Position numbers and translations under genes: made by a program
Notes under the pieces: model-generated
What the model saw: the letters and a program-made list of their open reading frames with translations, nothing else
The model's database searches: none
What the model was told of the DNA's origin: nothing
In this document: piece after piece, positions 1 to 11,002 of the stretch
Layout of the letters: every line of letters starts with the position of its first letter
Position numbering within the stretch: the stretch's first letter is position 1
DNA from: Squalus acanthias
Lineage: Eukaryota
DNA length: 64,000 bases
Reading direction: 5' to 3'
Assembly (NCBI GenBank): GCA_030390025.1
Contig: CM059432.1
Span: 136,464,001-136,528,000, forward strand

Positions 1-160
1 ATCACCTATCAACTCCTGAAAGGGGATATTAACAGATGTGTGAGAATTTTGACCTGAAAAGGTGATGTTTCACAAGGCAGGCATGGATACGTGTGAGAGA
101 AAGCAATCACAGAGGGGTCGAGTGAGAGAGTAACTGCATCTGAGAACTCCTTGCTCACTG

Positions 161-620
161 TGTCAGCCGTGGCTCAGTGGGTAGCACACTCGTCTCTGAG
201 TCAGAAGGTTGTGGGTTCTAAGTCCCACTCCAGAGACTTGCGCACAAAAATCGAGGCTGACACTCCAGTGCAGTACTGAGGGAGTGCTGCACTGTCAGAT
301 GTGCTGTCTTTTGGATGCGATGTTAAACTGAGCTGCTCTCTCAGGTGGATGTAAAAGATCCCAGGGCACTATTTTGAAGAAGAGCAGGGGAGTTATCCCC
401 GGTGTCCTGGCCAATATTTATCCCTCATCCAACATCACGAAAACAGATTATCTGGTCATTTTCACATTGCTGATTGTGGGAGCTTGCTGTGCACAAATTG
501 GCTGCTGCGTTTTCTACATTGCAACAGTGACTACACTTCAAAAAGTGCTTCATTGGCTGTAAAGCGCTTTGGGTCATCCAGTGGTCGTGACAGGCGCTAT
601 ATAAATGCAAGTCTTTCTTT
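161..620 (+). mobile_element. tRNA-derived Deu-domain SINE (SacSINE1-like) with L2-type 3' tail
   Basis: tRNA-like head (GTGGCTCAGTGG...GGTTCTAAGTCCC), Deu core (CTCTCAGGTGGATGTAAAAGATCCC...GAAGAAGAGCAGGGG) and tail GGCGCTATATAAATGCAAGT(CTTT)n shared with the L2 ends in this window. Confidence 0.85.
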
Positions 621-710
621 CTATCTTTTCTTTCTGTGACACTCCATAGAGTAATGCAAGAATATTAATCGCATGCAGTGGTTCTGCGGCACAACATAGT
701 TGCCATAGCA

Positions 711-925
711 CCTACCTTCCCAGCCTTGGGAGATCTTTGAACTTTTCCTGCATTTCAGGTTCCACTTCCTGCCAGTGCCACTTTCTTCCAAATTGCTCAA
801 GGAGTGCAGTTTGCAGATTTTCCCCTTCCTACCTCAAAAAGTGCATCTCTCTGCTGCCTTTTCTCACGTAACAGAAGCTCCAACTCAGTCTCTGTAAGAC
901 TTGCAGCTCTTCATTTCCTCCGATT
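711..925 (-). pseudogene. Decayed Harbinger ORF2 (Myb/SANT-like) exon relic
   Basis: Manual minus-strand translation gives RK*RAASLTETELELLLREKRQQRDALFEVGRGKSANCTP*AIWKKVA..., then after a frameshift CRKKFKDL. Same motif order as the Myb exon at 21822-22064. Confidence 0.55.
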
Positions 926-1454
926 TGCTCATGCAGTCTCTACTTCTTGCTTACTGACCTTGCCCCTTAAGAGTGCAGGGTGCCTTGGATAGTCTTGGAT
1001 CTTGATGGTCCTTCTTTTGTGACCTAGGACCTCCTTGGCGCTCTTCCGCCGTTGATGGTCCTCTTCCTCATCCAGCATAATGCTGATGCAACCCATACTG
1101 CTCTATGGAAAGAAACATGTGCTGATCTGCTGTGCGCTGTATCTCTTCCAACTCCCTCCAATGCCTTATAATGGGCATCATTAACGCACAGGGGCTGGAT
1201 GGCAAGCATGAATAAATTTGCATGCTGACCATTAATAGGAAGCATTTACCAAGCCAAAAATCCATTAATCGAAGACTGTGTTTTAACATGCATCGTTCTA
1301 GATTACCATGCAGAGGAATTTTAGGACAAAAATTAGTAATGGTCCCTTCCTAAAATTCCTCCTGACAGTAATCCAGTGTAATGCATATTAAAACAGTCTT
1401 GAATTAATAGTTTTTTGGCTTGTTAAGTACTAACGCATCAACTTGCTACATATT

Positions 1455-2162
1455 GGCCCAGATATTCTGATCCCTATGGGTGGGTACGTGCTGTGTACCC
1501 ACCCGTAGAGACATCGGAAATGCCGGTTTCAGGTATGCACAGCACATGTGCTGGAAACCGGCATTTCCGATCTGTCAAGAATGCTCTTGACAGATCAGTT
1601 GCCTGCCCTAGAGAAGGGTCTCTGCGGGCGGATAGTTCCGCTTTCTGGAGCCCCTCCGCCCGCAGAAAATCTTTAGAATTCTTACGCCTGGTAAAATTCT
1701 TATGCCTTACGCCTGCTTTTACCAGGATAAGAGTTGAAAAAAAGTTAAAAAAAAATAAAAAATTTTCAGTCATTTCATTTATCATTTAAAAATACTTTAA
1801 AAAAAGGTAAGTTTATTTTTAGCCCCGTAAAAAACTTTAATTATTTTTTTCAAAATTTTTATTTTTGTTTAAAATATTTAATTAACTGTAATTTCAACTA
1901 ATTTTAAAAATGTGATTTTAAAAAAAAATGTATTTAAAGTTTTACTATGTTTTTTCATTGATCTCCATTCATATATTTGACAGGTCTTTGATTGGCTCCC
2001 CATGGCCCACGTGATCCCAGGGACGCTTGTGAACCGCATGCGCCCCTGGGATACGTGGGCCCTGCGCACTTGGAGTTGGAGAGGCCCAGCATCGGAACTA
2101 TACGCACCTCGGGAGCCCTCAGGTAAGGGCATAGATTTTTTCTAGATCGGAAAATACGGCCC
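1455..2162. mobile_element. Non-autonomous Harbinger-type element (GGGCCGGATTTTC-TIR family)
   Basis: Ends GGCCCAGATATTC / GAAAATACGGCCC with 3-bp TSD ATT on both sides. Colinear with 31421-32175. Confidence 0.8.
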
Positions 2163-2600
2163 ATTAATGAACTCTTAACGGATCATCACTAATTTTTGGT
2201 CGTACTCTTAAAATTCCTCTGGGTGTTAAACCAGTATAATGCACGTTAAAATGCAGTCCAGCACTAATGAGTTTTTGTCGTTTTAAAGTGAACACATTGA
2301 ATTGTTACACATTAACACTCAACAGACCTTTCAGAAATTGCGGGCCACCCCTTGCGAAAACTAAACATGCAGCAACGCTAATCGCACAGTTTTACAACAC
2401 TAGATTATTTACTGAATTCATCAAGGGGTATCTTTTATGAAGAAACAATGAAGTGATGCCATACCAAAAAAAAGGATTTAAAAAAAAATCCTGATTCAAT
2501 TCAAGCTCGAAGTGAAAGGGTACAGTAGGAATTAGAAATCAGACCAAAAGATCACAATCATAGATCTGAGACTGAAAAAAAGAGTAAAATATTTTGTTTC

Positions 2601-2775
2601 TCTCCCTAAATCTCTTCGCCGCTCCACCTCCCTCTCCTCCTTTAAGACGCTCCTTAAAACCTACCTCTTTGACCAAGCTTTTGGTCACCTGTCCTAATAT
2701 CTCCTTATGGGGCTCAGCGTCAAATTTTGTTTGATACAGCTCCTGTGAAGTGCTTTGGGCTGTTTTACTACGGGC
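2601..2775 (+). mobile_element. L2 LINE 3' fragment
   Basis: CTCCTTTAAGACGCTCCTTAAAACCTACCTCTTTGACCAAGC (ORF2 end, FKTLLKTYLF) plus 3' UTR. Many copies in the window. Confidence 0.75.
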
Positions 2776-3361
2776 AATTAACAGATTCCTAAATGAAAAA
2801 CGTTAAGTAAGTTGTTGATGTGGGGGCCTAAAATGACGTGAGGCCTTGAACGGTCCTTCAGATGAGGCTAGGGTTTACGTACACTCTTGAATTCACATTA
2901 AAAAGTTTTTTTTTACAAAACAAATGATGCTGATGTTTTTTGATTTGCTGTGGCTAAGTCATTAGTCTAATGAAGTTTGGTTCACAAAGTTGACAGACCA
3001 TGAAAATAATTATCTGATACCCTGCTGTTCAATACAAATTTCGGAAAAAAGAAATCCTATTTACTGACTATCATTTTTTTTTTCCAGACATGCTGATGAA
3101 AGCTATCGCTTGCCATTTAGGTCTACACATGAGATCCCATGGAACATTCTGAGGAAAATGGACAATTGATGGACGATTCAGTTTAACTCACTAATTTTAT
3201 TAAACACCTCCCATTTTCTGCCTCCGGTCTTTTCATTGCTTTGGGTCATTCACACATTTCTTTATCTGTTTCGCTTACTATACTAGCGATAGCCATATTA
3301 TTGACGTGACCAACATTCATTGAAGAATTGACCTTAAACCATTGAAATGGGTGCTGGATTA

Positions 3362-4030
3362 AAAAAGAAAAGAAAGGCTTGCATTTATGTAATACCTTTC
3401 ATGACCTCAGCATGTCCCAAAGGGCTTTACAGCCATTGAAGTACTTTTGAAGTGTAGTCACTGTTGTAATGTAGGAAACGCAGCAGCCAATTCATGCATA
3501 GCTATCTCCCTCAAACAGCAACGAGATAATGACCAGATAATCTGTTTGTTCAGTGATGCTGATTGAGGGAGGACCGGGCGGAGAGTGTGCTGTATTGTGG
3601 GCCGGGTCTGGGAGTTGGGAGGACCGGCCGGAGAGTGTGCTGTATTGTGGGCCGGGTCTGGGAGTTGGGAGGACCGGGCGGAGAGTGTGCTGTATTGTGG
3701 GCCGGGTCTGGGAGGACCGGGCGGGGAGCGTAAGGTCCCACAAACAGCAATGTGATAAGGACCACATAATCTGTTTTGGTGATGTTGGTTGAGGGATAAA
3801 TATTGGTCAGGACACCAGGGAGAACTCCCCTGCTCTTCTTTGAAATAGTGCCATGGGATCTTTTACATCCAGCTGAGAGGGCAGTACGGGGCCTCGGTTT
3901 AACATCTCACCCGAAAGATGCACTTCCCTCATTACTACACTGGGAGCATCAGCCTAGATTTTGTGCTCAAGCATCTGGAGCGGGACTTGAACCCATAAAC
4001 CTTCTGACTCAGAGGCAAGAGGGCAAGCTA
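3362..4030 (-). mobile_element. SacSINE1-like SINE interrupted by a 50-bp minisatellite
   Basis: Reverse complement of the 161-620 SINE. Confidence 0.8.
3567..3725. repeat. 50-bp tandem repeat, ~3 copies
   Basis: Unit GGGAGGACCGGGCGGAGAGTGTGCTGTATTGTGGGCCGGGTCTGGGAGTT at 3567, 3617 and 3667. Confidence 0.9.
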
Positions 4031-5569
4031 ACAGAGAGAGCTGCTGCTTGATTCAGGTCTTTTTAGAGTTAATTTTAGTTACGGCGCAACAAGCAGAGAA
4101 GAAAGAAATAATGATACCATCTCTATTTTGTCACAGATTTTTAAATTAAGGAACAGAATTAAGGATATTAAGGAAGGAGGCATTCTTATCATTGCTAACT
4201 AAATATAGGAGGCAGAGAAATCGTTACCCCATGCTGGGGCAGAGAATGGCTGATAGTAATTCCACTGAGCCCTAGGAAAGGTTTAGTAACTCACTGTACA
4301 AACCAGCCTCATTGCCAACAATCCATAGCTGATTAAGCGAAGGGCAGCTGTGGGTAAAACTCCGCTGAAGCTAATGATTTGATGTAAAAAGAAGCTTCAG
4401 CCACTAAAGAATTATGATCAAATAGACGTTCCTTGCAAGAATGGATTTAGGAATCTTGGGTATGGCATGGGGATGTGCATATACAAATGTCATCTATAAT
4501 CAACCATTTATAATGTCTGAGGTGAGTCTTAAATCTCTTGTCACCTTTGCGGTAGGGCAGTAGTCACAATCATTGACCTTCGACCTCTTGAGACCTTGGT
4601 CACTGCACACCTCAGGAATTGTTTGTTAGAAACGTTGTTGGCACCATGCAAGGATTGATGGCCAGCTGCTTAAGTTTTCAGAACTGAGAAATGATGGGAG
4701 GAGTTGAAAGGCAGAGATCACAAATTTCTATCGTTGTAGTGCGGAGAGACCTTTACTAAAAGTGGCGTTAATGCCGAGAGCTGGAGTGCCATCTTTTCAC
4801 TATATGGTTAAAACATAAGAATGTAAGAATATAACTTTAAGAACAGATGAATAACATGTGGCCTGACAAGCCTCCATATAGTATTTAGAAGTCACTTTGC
4901 TTCTAGCTGACCAGATAAAGAAATGTTCCAAGTTCCGGTATTAAAAGACATACAAGCCGGCGGTCTTTTAGGAGAGGTGACAAGAGCAGGAAACTGCCAA
5001 TTACTGGAACAACCCCAGTCACATGCTGAGTCTGTCCAGTTATGCAGTGCTTTTAAAATTCAAGGGTAGAGCAGACCCACTACCATGACACCCAGCTAGC
5101 TTTGACTTCATCGAGATCAGGGATGATAGTATATTTCTCCACTTTGCATACAGTGTCATGTTCAAGTGTTGCCATGCCAGGTGGAGCATCATATTACAGA
5201 AGAGAGGCAACGCTGAGCCCTCCCTGCAGTGCCTTGGTAACTTATCTGAAACTTATCAGGTATACGCGACCCTTATTGTCCCAATTTTAACTTTACCTAG
5301 CTTTCCCTTTCACTCCCACTGATTGAGTTTCATGAATTCATGTCAGTATGAATTGGAAGGCAAGTTTGTACAGCGAAGCAATGTTCAATGAAATTCTCCA
5401 TTCAAAGTTCCGATATCACCCTCAACAGCCTTGCAGGTAAGGAGACTTTCACATCTGTCTGGAAGTGATTTGAACCAAAGGAAGGACAGGGTTTTAATAC
5501 CTCACACATCCTTGCTATGGTATGAAAATTGTATTGAACGTACTCTGCTCTCTGATTCATAGAATCATA

Positions 5570-6068
5570 GGGGGGAAAATTCGGTTGATTTGCGCCTCTC
5601 GTTTGCGCCCTAAGAGGGCGCTAACGGGGCGCAAAGCAACTAGCGCCTGGGTGCGGCGCTGCTAACGCCTCCCGCGAAGGTGCCGGGCAGCCATTTTTGT
5701 TGCTGGCCGCCTGCCAGCACCTGCCCGCTTTGCCGTCCTCGGCCTCCTGTTCAGTCCCCCCGCAGTGTACCGGCTGCGCTCCGTGAGCCCGGCACTTCTC
5801 TTGAGTGCCGGGCTCTTTTGCTGGCACTCCGATCCCTGGTGGCCCAGCTGGGCCCCGGGTGGCCCTTCCCCTTTAATAAGGGGAGGAAGGCCTGTAGTAC
5901 TCGCAGCACCCCAAAAGGGAGGCGGGGCGCTTCCAGTAGTGCCCCGCCTCCCTCTTGGGGCGTTACTGGTGAATTTTGGGCACGGGGGTGCTAACTTTTT
6001 CGGGGTGCTAAAAGTAGCGCCCCTGCGAAGTTAGCGTCCCAAAGGGGGCGCGACCCAATTTTCCCCCC
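5570..6068. mobile_element. Harbinger-type MITE (GGGGGAGAAATTC-type TIR), deletion relative of 49540-50239
   Basis: Ends GGGGGGAAAATT / AATTTTCCCCCC with TSD ATA and GGCGCTAA subterminal repeats. Internal sequence shared with 49850-50239. Confidence 0.85.
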
Positions 6069-6290
6069 ATAGAATCATAGAGCACAGAAGGAGGCCATTG
6101 AGCTCATGGTGCCTGTGCTAGCTCTTGGAAAGAGCTATTCTATTAGTCCCACTCCCCCTACTCCTTCCCCATAACCCTGAAAATTTTCCCCTTCAAGTAT
6201 TTATCCAATTCCCTTTCGAAATTCTCCTCATCTCGCCTCTGGCTCTTTTGTCAATTACCTTAAATCTGTGTCGTCTGGTTACCGACATAA
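6069..6290 (-). mobile_element. CR1 LINE 3' end (tail split by the 5570-6068 MITE)
   Basis: (CATAGAAT)n tail and GCACAGAAGGAGGCCATT motif. Homologous to 18115-18526. Confidence 0.75.
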
Positions 6291-6621
6291 AATCAGTCCC
6301 CTTAAGTGGAGCAGAAAAAGGAACCGTACAAAAAAATACTGATGCGGATGATAACATCTACTTTCCAGTACCAAACCACTGCCAACCCTCAATAGTCAGT
6401 CAATGACTTAAAATGGTTTGATACTTCTTTTAAAATATAAAATGTAGCAGATTCGAACCCAGGATGCTGCTCTCAGCATTCCTTTGAATGGAAAATAAGT
6501 TGTACATACATTAAAAGATTGCTTTAAAAAGATTATAGGGTGTCATTTATGTGAACGAGTAAAATTGGCCAGGAACACAACACTAAGTAGCAGAGAAAAC
6601 GAAAAGTAAATCCAGACATTG

Positions 6622-6868
6622 AATCTTAGAATGTTGCAGCACAGAGGAGGCCATTCGGTCCATCGTGTCTGTGCTGGCTCTTTGGAAGAGTTATCCAATT
6701 AGTCCCACTCCCCCTGCTCTTTCCCCACAGCCCTGCAATTTTCTCCCCTTCAAGTATTTATCTAATTCTCTTTTGAAAGTTACTATTGAATCTGCTTCCA
6801 CCACAATAACTCACTGTGTAAAAAAAAAAAAATTCTCCTCATCTCACCTCTGGCGCTTTTGCCAATTC
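6622..6868 (-). mobile_element. CR1 LINE 3' fragment
   Basis: Same family as 6069-6290 and 13675-13910. Confidence 0.75.
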
Positions 6869-7499
6869 CCTCAACATATAAGTAACAATGCAACTGCAAA
6901 AAAAAAGCTTGCATTCATTAAAAGCATTATCAAAATATTGATGCATAACTATTAGGTCATTAGATTTTTAGATTTGATCTTGTGCCCGTCTGAAAAAGAA
7001 ATTCTGGAATTTTCTGGAGAAGGGATATCATAGTGCAGGTGCGCTCACAGTTAAATAGATGTGAATGACACTCCCGTGACAATGCAGCGTAGATAAGTCC
7101 AGCAAAAAAGATACATGACAAGCAGTGGAAATGGCACACAATTTCAGGTTGCATAATTGGCGTAACTAGCCAAAGTCATCCCTTTATGGGATGGCAGATT
7201 CTTGATTTCCAAAGCACAGAAGTTAAGTTGGGCATCTTGTCAAGACTTATATTAAGTTTGGATAAAATTTGCATGCCGGCACAGCGGCATAGTGACTGAA
7301 GCATGTTTTGGCCTCTGGCACTGCTACAGGTTTTTAATCAGTCACTCAGTTGGAGGTATTGTTATCTCTACTAGAACTGTCCCAATAAAACATGCTCCTA
7401 TTACAATCACACAGGGGTCATATTCTTTATCCATTGTCACCCTGCTTTGCAGCATACAAAACCGACAAATCAGGCTCTAAATATGAATCCACTGTTTTT

Positions 7500-8117
7500 T
7501 TTTTATTATTCATTCTCAGGATGTGGGTGTCGCTGGCAAGGCCGGCATTTATTGTCCATCCCTATTTGCTCTGAACTGAATAGTTTGTGAGGCCACTTCA
7601 GAGGGCTGTTAAAGGTCAGCCACGTTGGTGTGGGACTGGAGTCACCTTTAGGCCCAGACTGGGTAAGGACGGCAGGTTTCCTTCCCTAAAGGACATTGGT
7701 GAACTACTTTGGGTTTTTATGACAATCCAACAACTTCACGGTCACTTTTGATGATAGCAGCTTTTTATTTTCAGATTTTTAAACTGAATTCAGATTCTCA
7801 AACTGCCATGGTGGATTCCCCGCTCAGGCCTGAGTTAAAATTACAGTCGGGTCTCAATGATGTCATCGGGCCGCAACATGCACATGTAAAGAAGGACCCT
7901 GTTGGCTCCGGGCGCCTGTCCTTGCTGCCTGCTCAGGAGAGCAGGTTAAAATTGCAGATGTTGCCATCATGGCGGCTTTCGGACAGGTAAGAGCCAGGGG
8001 CGATTTTAACTGTCCACCCGCCAGGTTTCTGCTGAGCGAGTAGGGTTGATATCGCCCCCTGGATTATTAGTCCAGGCCTCTGGATCACTAGTCCAGTTGC
8101 ATAGCCACTACACGACC
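7500..8117 (-). mobile_element. tRNA-headed SINE sharing its 3' tail with the 57875-59136 LINE family, interrupted by a MITE fragment (~7812-8059)
   Basis: Tail GATGTGGGTGTCGCTGGCAAGGCC, body homologous to 25935-26190, tRNA-like head at ~8060-8117. Confidence 0.6.
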
Positions 8118-8193
8118 CACCCTGAGGCATTGCAAATTTTGTATGTTATGATAAAGAAAAATGCAACACTTCTTGTGGGGGTGAAGAAATGTT

Positions 8194-9036
8194 GGGCTGG
8201 ATTTTATCAATGGGGCGCGTTGGGAGCGGGAATGCTGCTTGTCAGGTTTCAGTCCCGCCCCCAACGACGTCCGGCCAACCCACGCTATTTTCCCTTGATT
8301 GACCTTGTTAAGCCCTCCCTATGGGCTTACCCAGCCAATTAAATGAAAGCCAGTGACAGAGGACGTCAGCCTGTGATGTTTCATCTGTCAAAAATTTTTG
8401 ACAGATGAATTGTCATCGTTTGACAGCTTTGAGAAGCTGTCACTCAAACACTGACAATCTCTGTTCAAAGGTAAGCCCTTGGACTGAAGACTCACCAAAC
8501 CCCTCTCCTTAGCAGAAATCAGATGGCTCCTGCATCCGAGAATGCAGCAGCCATTCTGTCATCTCTGCTGTTGAGATGAGGCAGATCCCCAAGGGTTGAA
8601 GCCTGCAGAAAGAAACAAAGGTAAGGAGACTTTTTCGATCACTTCTCACTCACCTTTCATACTTACCTCTCCACACTTGCACCCATCACTCACCTCCACC
8701 GCGCACTTTTCGACCCCTCTCACCCCCGCAGACCCACTGCTCGCCTCGCTGACCCTGGCGAGGTTCGCAGCCATCGGGAAGCCCACACTTGTGTGGGTAA
8801 AATGGGGATAAGCCTCTTAACTGCCTGTTAACTACTTGTTAACAGGCAGTTAAGCGGCTGTAATCCCCTTCCCGACTCGAGGAGACGGGTCCCTGCGCGA
8901 CTTGGGGACCCGCCTCCCGGGAAGATGGCACGGAGGCGGGTTGGGAGCGGGGTTGGTACCCGCTCCCAGTTTCTGCCATTTTCCCGGCAGTCCCGCCGCC
9001 ATACCCGCCTCCCCAGGGCTGGGAAAATTCCCCCCC
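8194..9036. mobile_element. Non-autonomous Harbinger-type element
   Basis: Ends GGGCTGGATTTT / GAAAATTCCCCCC with TSD GTT on both sides. Right half homologous to 12470-12993. Confidence 0.75.
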
Positions 9037-9130
9037 GTTATTTCTGTTAAAGTTAAACAGAATAGGAGAAAGACACAGAATCATGAAGGTGTGATAATCA
9101 ACATGGTGGCAAAGGATGGACAAAGCTCAC

Positions 9131-9230
9131 ATTCTGATGAAAGGTTGTCGACCTGAAACGTTAACTCTGTTTCTCTCTCCACAGATGCTGCCTGACCTGC
9201 TGAGTATTTCCAGCAATTTCAGATTTTATT
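9131..9230 (+). mobile_element. Penelope-like element 3' (pLTR) fragment with hammerhead motif
   Basis: CTGATGA-AAGGTTGTCGACCT-GAAACGTT-AACT..., homologous to 36604-36706. Confidence 0.7.
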
Positions 9231-10064
9231 ACAAAACTCACGTGGTACCCGCTGTATTAAAAATCACTAACCATGTTAACTAGCACTGTAGAGTGATGAC
9301 TAAATAGTTGCCTTGCCCAGCTCAAACCCAATGTATTGACATTGTATTTCTCCCGTGGATAGTGCGACTAAAATTTAACATGAAAAGAAAACATCTCCTT
9401 GTCTGAACCCTGGAAGCTAATCTCAAGTACCAGATTTAAAAATATAATTATGTTTGAACTTGTCTCAGCCTATTTTGCAGGTTAATATTTTCTGCCAATT
9501 TAAGTCCAAGTCGCACAAAAATAAACATTTCAAAAAATGATTTATTAAAAGTGGAAACAATGTTCCTCCGGGATGTTGTTTAGATTAAAGTTTTGATATT
9601 TTCCAATATAACCTCTGTGTGTACCAAAAAAAGGATCTAAAATCCTCCATTTATGCTATTCGTGCTGCAGTCACATGACTCTACAAGTTATTTTCAATTG
9701 ATGATGAAAATATAGGTCACAGACTTTCTATTACTTTTCCATTCTATTACATTTTATCATTTATCCCTTCTTATCCATTTGCTACATTTCCTAATTTTTA
9801 CTGGTACTGTGTTTTATTGAAAAGATAAATCCTTTTTAATGGAAATTTCTATGTCTAATTCAAACTCATCATATAATCATATTTGTCGTGTGTGATATAA
9901 AGCCCCCCATCCACTCTCCCAAACAGACAGTAAAAGGAGACACCAGATATCATAGGATACAACTCGATCCATCTTGCCATTTAGCTTTTGGAAGAGTTAT
10001 ATAAATCCCTTTCACACTCAAAAGCGATCAACAAAGTTTAGATACGCAAAAGGAAAAAACTGAT

Positions 10065-10270
10065 CGGTGCTGGAAATCGGAAATGAAAATAGAAAAATAC
10101 TGGAAATGCACAGCAACTCTGTGTAGACATGAAGGACTATTTAATCCTTAGAGTGAAGACCCATCATCAGTACTCAGACCCATTCTGATGCTGGGTCTCT
10201 ACCTGAAAAGTTAATCTTACTTCTTTTCAGAATCTGCAGGCCTCATGGTGTACATCCATTTTCTGTTTTG
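10065..10270. mobile_element. Decayed inverted pair of Penelope-like pLTR fragments
   Basis: Degenerate copies of the pLTR/hammerhead motif on both strands (GACCCATCATCAG ... CTGATGCTGGGTCTCTACCTGAAAAGTTAA). Confidence 0.45.
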
Positions 10271-11002
10271 TATCAAAGTTTAGATTGTGCCCAGTAGGGA
10301 ATGTACATACTCTGAAGCTGGATGACCCTCATTTCCAAATAAACTGCATTGTAACCATATTATTGTGCTTTATAACCTTACGATTCCAAGTAGCGCTATA
10401 TTTTCTGTCCTTTCCAAATACTTCAAATTTAACATTCATGGCAGGAGCTTTGTTTTATATTACTTGCAGGTTCATGCTAGATTTTCACCAATTGAAGTAA
10501 ATGGCTCACTAAAATGTTACGCCAATATGCGTTTAATCAAGGCCAATTTGAATGAAATGCTCAGTTAATCAGATATATTTAAATCAGTCAACAAAATAAT
10601 TTAAGTTCTGTAGCAACACTAAAATGAAGATCTGCAGGATTTTATGTATGGAAATGAACAACTGGATAATGAGCTCAACTGGTTTTCAATATTGCCTCTC
10701 AATGCCAACACAAAATATTCTATACATTATTAAAATAAAAAAATGATTGTTTTTTTGTGCGGTTAAAAATGGATACAATATCTGATTGAAGAAGTAATAC
10801 ATCCTTAAGACAGCATATCCGGGTTACAAATCGAGTCCTTTACTAAAACCAACGTCAAGCATTGTTGTTAAAGATAAATGCATCTTGAAACAAGAGAAAA
10901 ATATTTTGCCTTCCGCCCCACAAAATATCAAAACAAATAAAGTAAAATGTAATGCTGTATTGTATTTACCATGTGGTAATCAGAGCTGGAAATTAGAATC
11001 AT

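Larger units (their letters stand above)
650..2346. mobile_element. Old Harbinger-type element remnant (left end not resolved), host of the 1455-2162 MITE
   Basis: Contains the Myb relic and ~85-bp subterminal repeats (1245-1330, 1348-1427, 2180-2280). Ends in TIR-like GAAATTGCGGGCC at 2334-2346. Confidence 0.45.

Noticed and set aside
161..235. tRNA gene (also at 35239, 31316 and 59619)
   Set aside because: A and B boxes continue into the SINE body. These are SINE heads.
3070..4530. Candidate host exons (acceptor at ~3088, donor at ~4521)
   Set aside because: Stops in two of the frames read after the acceptor and no matching donor, no polypyrimidine tract before the second candidate, and no recognisable peptide.
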